Assembly (NCBI RefSeq): GCF_006345805.1
Contig: NW_021832545.1
Span: 1-61,289 of the forward strand
DNA from: Octopus sinensis
Lineage: Eukaryota
Direction: 5' to 3'
Length of the DNA stretch: 61,289 nt
Shown: piece after piece, positions 37,528 through 51,430 of the stretch
How positions within the stretch are numbered: the stretch's first letter is position 1
Layout: every line of letters starts with the position of its first letter
Made by a program: the position numbers and the translations under genes
Notes under the pieces: generated by a model
What the model was told of the DNA's origin: nothing
The model's database searches: none
Seen by the model: the letters and a program-made list of their open reading frames with translations, nothing else

Positions 37528-38899
37528 AGGTGTGGTGGCTTAGTGGTTAGGGTATTTGACTTGCAATCTTCATGTTGCTCCAGTCCACACACACACAAAC
37601 ACACATTTATATTCTTTCAAACATTTCATTCATTTGACTGTGGTCATGCTGGAGCACTACTTTAAAGAGTTTTTTTAGTCAAAGAAATCTACCCAGGACT
37701 TATTCTTTGAAATTTGTTCCTTCTTCCTCCACTTTATATTCCTGATGCTCTGTTCAAGCACTAATTATGTCTTCATTATGTATATATATATGTGTGTGTG
37801 TGTGTGTGTCTATTTATATATTTATGTGTGCCTGTTTCTGTCTGTGTTTGTCCCCTCCACCATTGCTGGACAACCGATGCTGGTGTGTTTATGTTCCTGT
37901 AACTTAGCACTTCAGTGAAAAAGACAGATAGAATGAGAACTAGGCTTACAAAGAATAAGTCCTGGGTCAATTTCTCCAACCAAAAAACCCTTTGAGGCAG
38001 TGCCCCAGCATGGCCACAGTCAATGACTGAAACAGATAAAAGAATAAAAGTATGTGTGTGTGTGTGTCTGTGTTTGTCCCCCACCACTGCTTGACAACCG
38101 GTGTTGGTGTGTTTACATCCCTATGACTTAAAAAAAGGGAGTCGATCCATTCAGGTAGAATTCTTCATGGCAGTGCCCCAGTATGGCCACAGTCTGCCGG
38201 CTGAAACAAGGAGAAAGACAAAAAGAAATGATCTAGAATATCCAACCCACCCCTTCCCTGTCACCTACCTCTTTAATAGCTCTATCCTACTTCCCCCACC
38301 CCATAATGCTCCCACTGTCTCCCAAGCCCCTGGGTCATTATTCTTCACTCCCACCCCACCCCAGAATTTAGACATTGGTGACCAAATCAACCCTACTCCC
38401 CCCCCCCTAGTATCTCAACTATCAATGTAGGAGTCTTTGTAGGAGTCTTGATGTGAGTCACTCCCTCTGCTATAAATAGCAGCTAATTCTCCCTCAAATC
38501 ACACCCAGTTATCTCGAGGAGGTGAAGTGCATTTGATAATACAGACTTGCACTCCTTGCACATAGGAGAAACACTATTGATGGTCATGGCTGGAATATCT
38601 TTGATCTTTAATCTGCTAGACCAGGGCTGACCTGGAGCTAAACAACAAATGCCCTCACCTTTAATCTTATCTTATCTTTACAAATCTCAAGCATTCTCTC
38701 ACTAGAGATATCACCATGGTAACAAATAAATGGTTAACCACTCATATAACCCCCACCCCTGCTACCGACACCACCACCACCACCGCCTTCGCCACCATCA
38801 CCATCACCACCACCCAAACTATATTGCAACTGTTATCATCACCTCTAACAATATCAACATCACATACAACCACCACTACCACCACAACCACCACCACAA

Positions 38900-39095
38900 C
38901 CACCACCACCACCACCACCACCACCACCCTCATCCCACCCCATCCTCATCCCCACCACACTTCCATCCTCCTCATAAACACCACAACCACCACCACCACC
39001 ACCACCACCACCACCACCACCACCCTCATCCCACCCCATCCTCATCCCCACCACACTTCCATCCTCCTCATAAACACCACCACCACCACCACCAC
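38900..39095. repeat. (CAC)n-rich ~96-bp tandem duplication
   Basis: ccctcatcccaccccatcctcatccccaccacacttccatcctcctcataaacaccac occurs twice, at ~38926 and ~39022. Confidence 0.85.
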
Positions 39096-42000
39096 ATCTA
39101 TCTAACCAGTTGACTAAAGATGGTGGAGAAGCTGTAGCTGGGGCCACTCTCATTGTTGTCATGGTGGTGGTGGTGGTGGTGTTTAGGTATTTGGGATGAA
39201 TTCTCTCCCCCCCCCCCCTGCTGCACTCCCACCTTCTCCCTCTCCAACCCTGACTCCCTAACATTCACGCCCACCCCCACACCCATCAACCACACTCTCC
39301 CAACTGCAATGGTCTCCTTCATTCTTTTCCTTCTTTCTTTCCTTCCTTCCATCCTTACTTCAGCATTAACCACCACCACCACCACCACCACCGCAAGAAG
39401 AAGAAGAAGAAGAAGAAAGAAAAACTGCTGTAGATATTTATTTGGTGGCAGCAGCGGTGGAGAGGAATCTGTGTGTGCGCGTGTGTGTGTGGGGGGTGTG
39501 GGTGTGTGTGTGGGGGGATGTGGGGTGTGGTGTGTGTGTGTGAGTATGTGTGTGTGTGAGTGTGTGTGAGTGTGTGCACGCGTGTGTGTGTGTGGGTGTG
39601 TGGTGTGTGGGTGAGTGTGGGTGCGCGCGCGCGTGTGTGGGTGAGGTGGGGTGTGTGTGTGTGTGTGGGTGTGTGGGTGTGTGTGTGTGGTGTGTGTGTG
39701 TGAGTATGTGTGTGTGTGTGAGTGTGTGTGAGTGTGTGCACGCGTGTGTGTGTGTGTGAGTGTGCGTGCGCGCGCGCGTGTGTGAGTGTGCGCGCGTGTG
39801 TGTGTGCTGTTGTTGTTGGTGTTGGTGGTAGGGGTGGGGTGATAGGTGGGTGGTTTATGTCTTAAGAGCAACAGTTATCAGGAAGAGAGGAGTGGTAGGA
39901 GACAGAAGAGAATAAGAGTGGGAGTGACTGAGTGGGTGAAAGGCGGAGGAGGGGGGAGAAGGGAGACTATTACTCTGAGAGAGAGTTTGCTTCTCTGATT
40001 TTCCTTCCTTCCTTCTTTCTTTATCTCTCTTTCTTTTCCTCCCCACCCCAACTCTGCACTCATCTTTTGTATGTCAATATTTTCATTCTTCTTTCTTTCT
40101 CTCTCTTTCTCTCTTTCTTTCTCTCTTTCTTTCTTCCTTTCTTTCTTTCTTTCTTTCTTCCTTTCTTTCTTTCTTTCTTTCTTCCTTTCTTTCTTTCTTA
40201 GCCCTGCTCCCTCAGTCTACCTGACTGACAAACAGGTTCAACCACCCCACATCTCACTAAGTCCACAGTAGGTAGGCAGAGTGAGAACTTAAGTTCAAAC
40301 TTTGGTGGTGGTGGTGGTGGTGGTGGTGGGGCTTCAACTTGTCTGTATTTGTGGCTGGGGGTGGAGGGTGGGGGTGGAGCAAAGAATTAATGCAGTGAAA
40401 TGCTTGAAATATGGGAATTCATCATCACCACCATACTCCTCCTCCTCATCATCATCACCACCACCACCATCATCATCATCATCACCACCACCACCACCGC
40501 CACCATCATCATTGTCATCATCGTCATCATCGTCATCACTATCACCACCACCATTACCACCCCATATTTTATTTCAGGTGAGCCACTGAATGGTGCAACC
40601 ACTCACAATACAATGATGGGAATATCATAAGAAGGAGGTGTCTCTCTTGTCAGCTTGCAGTGTCTGCCTTCCCAGTTTCTGGTGCTGGAAAGGAGACAAC
40701 CACTCGGTCCCACCAGACTGGTCAGGGAACTCTGTGAGATGCCGTGGGGCATTTACACCAGTTTGTCTACAGTGAGGAGTTTTCTCAAAGACAGAATAGA
40801 GTGAATGGCTTTGTAACGGGTTCAAATAAGCCTCAAGCATATTTGAACTGGGAATAAGTTTGTATATACACACATCACAGCTTAGCACTTTCATTCTGTG
40901 TACACGTGTGTTTTTGTCCCCTCCCCCAACTGCACTTCACAGCCAGGTAGGTTTGTTTACATCCCTGTAACTTAGTGGTTTGACATCGGTGACTAACATA
41001 ATAAACAGCAGACTTTAAGGACGGCAAGTGCTGCCGTCATTTTGTTCAACTGAGCTTTTCAATGTGGTGCTCCAGCATGGCTACAGCACAAGATATCTTA
41101 CTGTGATGGCTGTAATACAGTGAAAGGCCACCTTGACCGGTGGGGGGGGGGTGAGTCGATTGCATGACCTCCCCCCTCCGTCACCCGTGTTCAACTGGTG
41201 CTTATTTTATTGCCCCTGAAAGTTCCAAAGGCAAAGTTGACCTTTGAATGCACAACATAAAGATGGACAAAATACCATGTAGCATCTTGTCGTCCAACAT
41301 GGTAACGAATCCACCATCCACCTTCATCATAATTCCGTTGTGCCTTCATGCCCAACCCCTCACTGCTTCAATTTCTTCTCGTTTGTTTTGTTTTTTTCGC
41401 TTTTTGTGTCTTCCAAAAGATTTCTTTGCTTTTGCAACTTTCTTGATTCTACATTAAAGAATCACTAGTCTGCTAGTTGTAGATAATTGGTCCTGGAATC
41501 AGTGATTTTCTCTCAATTGTTTAGACCAATGGTTCTCAACTGCAACCCTCAAGCATCTTTCCACTGACCCCTGATGCTTTCCCCTCTATAAATATAATAA
41601 AGTTTACTTTAATTCACTCATGTTTTGCTTTTTTTGGGGGGGAAATTTAAAAAGATTGACAAGAATACATTTAGACATTGAACAATGAAGGTGCCATTGA
41701 GGCACATCAGCTCCACTAAGTGGCTCATATTTCCATCCATATTTGTTGCAAGATGTATTTACTCCCATAGAAGAGACTAAAATGAAGCCAAGTTAAAGTC
41801 AAGAACGGTTAAGGTTATAAGTTCTTCTTTGAGTCCGACTTTATTTCTAGAAAGAATCCAGATGGCGTTTTGATCATCTGTAAGGATTTCTATTTCCACA
41901 GGGATTAGATTGATCTAATCAAAACAACTTTGATGGCAAGGATCATCAGCAACTGCTGGAATAACAGTTGTTTCAGACTTAGGCTTCAACTAGTTCCAAG

Positions 42001-42624
42001 ACATTTGCCTGACATTTGTTATAGGAGAGGTTTACATAGAGTTGTGTGTTGGATGGTTGCTTTGTCTGAATTTTTTGGAGTTGATTGTCCAAAGAATGAT
42101 CAAAAGAAATCCCTTGAAGACAATCTTTATTCTCAGAAGATTCAACTGATGCAACTCTCCTCCACAAAGAATTGAAGACAATCGTTTCAGTTCCTCTCTT
42201 CACTTCTTAGGTTTTGATAACTTTAATTTGTACTTGCTTTTGTACTTTTTAAAACATTGATTTCCATGGTTACAGTGTGCACATATATGTCCATATTCTG
42301 AAGATTAGTCAGTTCTCTTTTCTGCCATGGAGTGAGTGATTCCCAGGGCCATTATTATCAAAGTAAGGGCAGATGTCATCTGATTTATTAAAGACTCTTT
42401 GGTCATGGGGTTCTTCTATTCTTGTAGATGTTGGTTGGTGTGAATCTGGGCATGTAAACGGTGATCTTTTGCTAAGCTCTTTAGTCTCAAAAACTGGAGT
42501 ACTTTTCCAGGAACATATTTTGGTTTCTATCACCAAGGAGATCTGACTAAATTCCAGTTGGATCTCCTTGACATTCTAAATAGTTGCTTGTCAATGATTC
42601 ATGTTTTGTAGGCCATTTCTACAG

Positions 42625-42965
42625 AATTAGCATTGCCTTACTGGCACTTGTGCTGGTGGCACATGAAAAGACATTCGAGTGAGGTTGTTGCCAGTGCCAC
42701 TGGACTGGCTCCTATGCAGGTGGCATGTAAAAAACACCATTTGAGCATGACCGTTGCCAGTACCACCTGACTGGCCCTTGTGCCGGTGGCACGTAAAAGC
42801 ACCCACTACACTCTTGGAGTGGTTGGTGTTAGGAAGGGCATCCAGCTGTAGAAACTCTGCCAGATCAGACCGGAGCCTGGCGTAGCCATCTGGTTTGCCA
42901 GACCTCAGTCAAATTGTCCAACCCATGCTAGCATGGAAAGCAGACGTTAAATGATGATGATGGTG
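42625..42965 (+). mobile_element. RTE 3'-UTR copy ending in (GAT)n
   Basis: Same layout as 18340-18665. Confidence 0.8.
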
Positions 42966-43186
42966 ATGATTACAAATTTGTAATGACAGTCTTGACAAGC
43001 ACAAAGAAGCAAAAATAAGAACAAGCAATCTCATCCTGATCTTGATGAATAATTAAATAAAAAATAGAGAAGGGAAAGTGGAACCGCCAGGTTTCCTTCT
43101 CTGCTAAAACTTTGTTGCAAAAACCTTTCTCTTCATTTGATTTCCTGGTGTTCTGCTATCAATATCAGATGAGTCTTTCTGTACAG

Positions 43187-43468
43187 TAGTGGTTCTCAAC
43201 CATTTTTTTTTTTTTACCTATGGACCCCTTTCATTCCTATTTTATTTGGATGGACCCTCATAACCATTCAATGATTAAAAAAGGTAATTTTATATTTTTA
43301 TAATTAAATATTATTAGGAATTCTACAAAAAAAGTTGTTGAAATATTCTGTATCTTGTAGAAGCAAAACCAATTTAGGGGACATAAATTTTAACAAGAAA
43401 ATCTTATGTGACCCCTAAAGGTTACATGGACCCTCAAGGATTATATGGACTCTGGTTGAGAACCACTG
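43187..43468. mobile_element. hAT (Charlie-like) MITE
   Basis: TIRs tagtggttctcaacca / tggttgagaaccactg; 8-bp flanks ctgtacag / atgtagag (6 of 8 match). Confidence 0.75.
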
Positions 43469-43529
43469 ATGTAGAGGAACATTGTCATCATCATCATCAT
43501 CAACAACTCCTGGACAATACTGTCTTGAA

Positions 43530-43795
43530 TACCAGCGCCCATAGGGGCCAGTTACCCTGTTTCTGTGGCATATGAATGACCAAGATCACAACACTCCCTC
43601 TTGGACAGGATGATAGTCCATTGCAGAGTTAACTTCCCATCAGTTACTGAAACACATTTACCGTTGAGTGAACTGGAACAACATGGGATGAAGTGTTTTG
43701 CTCAAGAATACAACACACAGCCTGCCCCAGGAATTGAAACTATGATCTTGGGATCAAAAGTGCAATACCCTAACCAGAAGGCCAAGCACATTCAC
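43530..43795 (-). mobile_element. tRNA-derived SINE with V-domain-like centre
   Basis: Minus strand: tRNA-like head, ttcttgagcaaaacactt, aactctgcaatggactatcatcctgtccaagaggga. Confidence 0.6.
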
Positions 43796-44140
43796 AGCAT
43801 TCTGATAACCGTATCTTGTAAGAGTCAGTGATTTGGTTGGAGGAATGCAGCCTTACAAGGAAACCCAATCATCGTTAAAGGAAACTCAATCATCGTTAGA
43901 GCCAGCAGATGACACTTTACATTATTTCACTTTTGCTTTCAAATTCTTTGTGCAAATGGTTCTTTAATGAGGATTACCATTATAGTGGCATCATCTGTCA
44001 TATATGTGCTGTCTGGGAAGAGATATTTAAGAACAAACATCTTCTTCTTCTTCTTCTTCTTCTTCTTCTTCTTCTTCTTCTTCCTTATTATTATTATTAT
44101 TAGTAGTATATTATTATTATTAGTTATTATTATTATTAGT

Positions 44141-44177
<37 letters not shown>

Positions 44178-44202
44178 GTATTAGTATTATTATATTATTA
44201 TT

Positions 44203-45391
44203 CTATGTTTGACTTTTGCTTTATGTCTGTACAAGTTGGCTCCAAGACTCACCCAGAGACCTCAAGAGACAACAGGTTGGGAGTTCTGTGCATATATTTG
44301 GGGGTTTTTTTTTGTTTTGTTTTTTTCTGGTGTTGTACTAGTGAATGTCTAATACATAAAAAAATAAATAAATAAATAAATAAATAATAAAAAAAAAGTT
44401 TGTTTTAAACCTTGGGATTACATAGAAAGTATTTTGCGTAGGATATGAGCAGTTCCCATGAGCACTATCTTTTGATTTCTGCCATTTTGGGGTTTCCTGG
44501 TATCTGAGTTAGGTAGCAATCATCCCTTTCGCTATCATTCCCAGGGCACCTATGACAACAGGTATTGTTTTAGTCTTCAGGTTCCACATTTTGCTGATTT
44601 CTATTTCCAGATCTTTATATTTGCTCAGTTTTTGGTAGGTCTTGACAGATACGTTTATATCGATTGGGACAGTCATATCAATGAGGAGGCATGTTCTTTG
44701 TCTGAAGTCTTTCAGTATGATGTCTGGCCTATTTGCATCTATCTTCCTGTCAGTTTGAATGGTGAAGTTCCAGAGGAGTGAGATGTGGTCATTTTCAAGC
44801 ACTGGAGGTGGATTGTGTTCCCACCAGTTTTTTTCATGGGGCAAATCTAGGTTTTTGCAAATTACCCAGTGAATATATTGTGCAGCTCTATCATGCCTAT
44901 TGAGGTACTCTGTAGGCACTACAAGACTGCACTTGGAGACAACATGATCAATGGTTTCATTTTGTTGTCGGCATACACGGCATGTTGGGCTACTGCCGTT
45001 CTTTAATATGTTGGCCTGGTAGTTTCTTGTTGGTAGGCATTGATCTTGAGCTGCTATGGTAAACCCCTCTGTTTCAGATTTTAAGCCAGAGGCCATTAGC
45101 CATTGATGGGTCAGGGCTTTGTCGATATCTGCATTATTCGCTCTCTTTGGGTATTTGCCATAGAGAGGTTTTTCTTGCCATTTATTATTCAGAATATCTA
45201 AGGCTGCAGTTTTGGCGCGGGTTTTCATGCGCCTAGCTTTTTCTGTGCTTGTTTCTTGTATGTCTATCTCTAATTCCGAAATTGGTTGTATTCGGAATTC
45301 ACTTAGATATTCCTTTGCCTGTTTTGTGACTGAGTATGATGCTTTCTTGTTTTCATGTTTTGAGACAAGTTTTAACATCCAGTCCTCAGAG

Positions 45392-45393
<2 letters not shown>
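44203..45393 (-). mobile_element. R4/Dong-like non-LTR retrotransposon, 5'-truncated (CCHC knuckle plus restriction-like endonuclease)
   Basis: LKSETEGFTIAAQDQ, CRVC..ETIDHVVSKC, RPDIIL..IDMTVP..KLSKYKDL, VVIGALG. After two frameshifts it continues QKIVLMGTAHILRKILSM* (stop ~44418). (TAA)n on both sides. Confidence 0.9.
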
Positions 45394-45434
<41 letters not shown>

Positions 45435-45775
45435 GAGTGAGAGAGCAGTGCATGCCATCAAAGTGACACTAGGATAAAATATACGAAGCCCAGTATACCC
45501 ATCATGACTACCCGTCTCATAAGGGTACACCAGGCACATGCATCACAACCATATGTGCGCGACATGGTGTTCTCATATCAAGATAAACAGTGCATGACCT
45601 TGCAGGTGGGGCCTGGTTAGAATTTTCTTCAGGTCAAATAACCATCCTGTTCAATGGTCCCTGAATAAGGGTTATTTAAGGATGTTGAACGAAACACCCA
45701 TGTTTCCAGAGGTGAATTATTCAAACCCCAAAGAATCCCTTCACGGCTTTGATGCTCCCCCACTACTAATAACTG
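45435..45775 (-). mobile_element. unclassified SINE-like repeat with (AAT)n tail
   Basis: Sharp-edged complex block between simple repeats; minus strand ends cactgctctctcactc-(AAT)n. Only one copy in this window. Confidence 0.4.
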
Positions 45776-46269
45776 CTACTGCTGTTATTACAAGAGAAAT
45801 CTTATAAATTCCATCTTAGATTATTTTTGAAAAATTTAATAACAACAGCAGCAACAACAACAACAACAACAACAATTATTATTATTATTATTATTATTAT
45901 TGCTGTTGTTATTACAAGAGAAATCTTCTTACCAATTCCATCTTAGATAAGGATATTGTGTATTTAGTATTTCGGCCAACAGCACAAATGACAGAGTTCT
46001 GAAGACTAAGAAGGGTAAAGGAGACAATTGTATTCCAGCACAAACGGAGGGAGCAGGAGAAGGGCATTGCTGTGCTGGGAGAGGCAGAGCTTGGGTAAGG
46101 TACCATAGGTGTGGGTGAGTGCTCTGTGATGGGGCTCTGGGGGACGAAATGTTTATACAGCAAGTCAAAAAAAAAAAGAGAACAGAGTACGAGCTTGCTT
46201 GGTGTTGCAGTAGATTAAGTGTGGGAGTACGGTATCAGCTGGAGTGGTTAGGGTACAGTATAAGATGTA

Positions 46270-46770
<501 letters not shown>

Positions 46771-47539
46771 TGTTGTATTTAATATAATAATTGTGCTGTG
46801 TACCCCCCCCCCCCGTTACTCTGCCCTTGGCTCCAATCTATTGTTGTGTAATTCTTTGTGTTTTGAATAAACTGTCCAAACTAATCTTTTTTTCTACCTC
46901 AACGCTTGAATTTCTTCATTGCGGCAGATGAGTCCTCCCATCTGGCACTAGGTGGAGGAAGAAATCTTGCCAGATAGCTGTTATGCTGGTTCCATAAATG
47001 GGGTTATTTATTTATGTATTTTTATTTAAGAATTGCTTGGCTAATCACGGAGAATGTTGCTGCTTCTGCAGGAACAATCTATTTCCGTGGCCAGGCTTCC
47101 AACCTTTATCTCTTCTAAAACTATTTATTTATCAACTTAATATTATCATTGTCATCCCCCCCCCTCATCATCATCATCAACATCTTTATTTAAAGCATGA
47201 AACAAAATGCTTTTCTGCATTTCCTCTGGATCTTTAGGATCTGAGTTCAAATCCTGCTGAGTATAACTTTGTGCCTAAATTAGAAACAATTATTTATTAT
47301 TGTTATTATTAATATTGTTGTTGTTGTTGTTGTTGTTGTTATTATTATTATTATTATTAAAGCGGCAGGCTGGCAGAATTGTTAGCATGCCGGGTGAAAC
47401 GTTTAGCTCTGAGTTCAAGTTCTGCCAAGGTCGACTTTGCTTTAATCTTTTTGGAATTGATAAAAATAAATACCAGTTGAATATTGGGTTCCATATAATT
47501 GACTATTGACCTCCCCCAAATTTCAGGCCTTGTGCCTTG

Positions 47540-47549
47540 AGTAGAAAGG

Positions 47550-47593
<44 letters not shown>

Positions 47594-47830
47594 TATTATT
47601 ATTATTACTATTACTATTGCTATTATTATTATTATTATTATTATTACTATTACTATTACTATTGCTATTATTATTATTATTATTATTATTACTATTACTA
47701 TTACTATTGCTATTATTATTATTAATATTATTATTATATTATATTATTATTATATTACTATTACTATTACTATTATTATTATTATTATTATTATTACTAT
47801 TACTATTACTATTGCTATTATTATTATTAA

Positions 47831-47869
<39 letters not shown>

Positions 47870-48087
47870 TACTATTACTATTATTATTATTATTATTAAT
47901 ATTATTATTACTATTACTATTGCTATTATTATTATTAATATTATTATTATTATTATTTTATTATTATTAATTATTATTATTATTATTATATTATTAATAT
48001 TATTATTACTATTACTATTGCTATTATTATTATTAATATATTATTATTATTATTATTATATTATTATTACTATTACTATACTATTGC

Positions 48088-48131
<44 letters not shown>

Positions 48132-48322
48132 TATTATTATTACTATTACTATTACTATTATTATTATTATTATTAATATTATTATTACTATTACTATTGC
48201 TATTATTATTATATATTATTATTATTATTATTATATTATTATTATTACTATTACTATTACTATTATTATTATTATTATTAATATTATTATTACTATTACT
48301 ATTGCTATTATTATTAGTACTA

Positions 48323-48360
<38 letters not shown>

Positions 48361-48430
48361 TACTATTATTATTATTATTATTATATTATTATTACTATTA
48401 CTATTGCTATTATTATTAATTAATATTATA

Positions 48431-48461
<31 letters not shown>

Positions 48462-48827
48462 ACTATTACTATTGCTATTATTATTATTATTATTATTATA
48501 TTATACTATTACTATTATTATTATTATTATAATATTATTATTACTATTACTATTGCTATTATTATTATTAATATTATTATTATTATTATTATTACTATTA
48601 CTATTACTATTGCTATTATTAATATTATTATTATTATTATTATTACTATTACTATTATTATTATTATTATTAATATTATTATTACTATTACTATTGCTAT
48701 TATTATTATTAATATTATTATTATCATTATTATTACTATTACTATTATTGTTATTGTTATTATTATTATTATTGTTGTTGTTGTGTTGTCGTTGTTGCTG
48801 CTGCTGCTGCTGCAGCTGTTGTTGTTG

Positions 48828-48859
<32 letters not shown>

Positions 48860-48860
48860 G
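47540..48860. repeat. (ATT)n/(ACT)n degenerate trinucleotide array
   Basis: Seen directly; recurring sub-motif ttactattactattgcta. Confidence 0.95.
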
Positions 48861-49139
48861 TGAGCTGGCAGAACGGTAAGCATGCTGGACAAAGATGCTG
48901 ACCGGCATTCCGTTTGCCTGTAAGTTCTGGGTTCAAATTCCTCATTTCAGGATTCATAAAATAAGTAGCAGTGTAACCCTAGGGGTCAGTGTAACTAACT
49001 TGCCCTATCCCCTGAAATTGCTGGCCTTGGGCCATAATTTCAAACCATTATCATCACCATGGTTACACCAACAATTCGATTCTGAGTTGAATTGTTGGTC
49101 TAACCCTGATGTTCTGGTGAGTTTGCTGTCGTTGTATTG

Positions 49140-49535
49140 ATTTGGAGTCGTAGACAGCTTCCGTTACTTCGATGACCAAGATAGCAGAAGTGGAGGTATG
49201 TCCCGGAAACCTAGCTGCTAGAATGAGAATAGGCTGAGCAAAGTTCAGAGAGATTCTAGCTTTGTTGATAATAAAGGGCCTCTCCCTTAGAATGAAAGGC
49301 TGAGTGTATGATGGCCGTGTGTGGACAACCATGCTACATGGCATTGAAACATGGGCTGTGACTTTGGAAGAGATGCAAAGGCTTGATAGAAATGAAGCTA
49401 ATACATGCTGTGCTGGTATGGTGCAAGAGAAACAACTTTGCTGGTATGGTCATGTGATGTATATGGACAAGGACAACTGTGTAAAAAATCTGTGTGGAGG
49501 GAACCTGCGGAAGAGGCAGACCCAGGAAGATATGA
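49140..49535 (+). mobile_element. degenerate RTE RT 3' fragment
   Basis: VDSFRYF..ARMRIG*AKFREIL..KGLSLRMKG*VYDGRVWTTMLHGIETWAVT..LCWYGHVM, homologous to ORF 22302-23522 with stops and deletions. Confidence 0.85.
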
Positions 49536-49840
49536 TACAAGTTGGTGGAATATGGTCTTTAGTTATTTCATGGTGCCAATGTGTGAGATTTCTTGTGTTT
49601 CGAACTAAGTGAAATCATGATCATGGTTAGTACCAGTGACACGTAAAAGGTCCCATGCTGCTGACATGTTAAAAGCATCCAATACACTCTGTAAAGTGGT
49701 TGGTGTTAGGAGGGGCATCCAGCCATAGAGCCCATGCCAACTCAGACATCTGGAGCCTGGTGCAGTCTTCTGCCTCCTAACCAGCCCCTGACAAACTGTG
49801 CACCTCATGCCAGCATGTAAAGCGGGCATTAAATAAGGAT

Positions 49841-49876
<36 letters not shown>

Positions 49877-50039
49877 GGGGGAGGCTTCTTTCACTTTCCG
49901 TCTACAAAATCCACTCACAAGGCTTTTAGTCAGCCAGGTTTAGATGTGAAAACACTTGCCTAAGGAAACATGCTGTGGGATTGAACTTGGAACCATGTGG
50001 CTGGGAAACAAACTTGCTAACCACACAGCCACTCCTGCA

Positions 50040-50229
50040 CTTATCATATAAATTATCATTATCATTATTATTATTATCATTATTATTATTATTATCAATC
50101 ATTATACTATTATCATTATTATTATTAATTATTACATTATCATTATTATTATTATCAATTATTTATTATATTATTATTATTATTATTATTATTATTCAAT
50201 TAATATTATTATCATTATTAATATCATTA

Positions 50230-50299
<70 letters not shown>

Positions 50300-50328
50300 T
50301 ATTATTATTATCATTATTATTATTATCA

Positions 50329-50359
<31 letters not shown>

Positions 50360-50421
50360 TATTAATATTATTAATTTTATTATTCTATTATCATTATCAT
50401 TATCATATTTTATTATTATCA

Positions 50422-50465
<44 letters not shown>

Positions 50466-50491
50466 TATCATCATTATTATTATTATCATTA

Positions 50492-50528
<37 letters not shown>

Positions 50529-50634
50529 TATCACATTATTATTATTATCTCATTATCATTATTATTATTTATTATTATTATTATTATCATTATTATTATT
50601 ATCATTATTAATTATTATTATTATTATTATTAAT

Positions 50635-50665
<31 letters not shown>

Positions 50666-50968
50666 CATTATCATATTCATTATTATTATATTATTATCAT
50701 TATCATTATCATTATTGTTTAATATTATATTATTATTATTATTTTATTATTATTATCATTATTAGTATTATCATTATTATTATTATTATCATTATCATTA
50801 TTATTATTATATCATTATTATTATATTATTATTATTATTATTATTATTATCATTATATTATTATTATTATTATCATTATCATTAATTATTATCATTATTA
50901 TTATTATTATCATTATTATTATATCATTATTATTATATATCATTATCATATTATTATTATTGTTATTA

Positions 50969-51029
<61 letters not shown>

Positions 51030-51278
51030 TATCTTATCATTATTTTCTTATTTTATTATTATTATTATCATTCTCATTATTATTATTATTCTTATTATAT
51101 TATCATTATTATTATTATTATTATCATTATATTATTATTAATATTATTATTATTATTATTAGTATCTCTTATCATTATCATTATTTTATTATCATTTCAT
51201 ATTATTATTATATTATTATTATTATTATTATTATATCATTATTATTATCATTATATATTATTATATCATTATATTCCA

Positions 51279-51339
<61 letters not shown>

Positions 51340-51387
51340 CATTATTATTATTATATTATTATTATTATCTTATTATTATTATTATTA

Positions 51388-51430
<43 letters not shown>

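Noticed and set aside
39460-39810. Apparent higher-order duplication within a degenerate (GT)n tract
   Set aside because: Explained by ordinary slippage or unequal exchange in simple repeats.
38716-40630. His-, Thr-, Gly- and Ser-rich ORFs resembling low-complexity proteins
   Set aside because: All arise from (CAC)n, (GT)n and (CAT)n tracts, open in several frames at once, with no splice or homology support.
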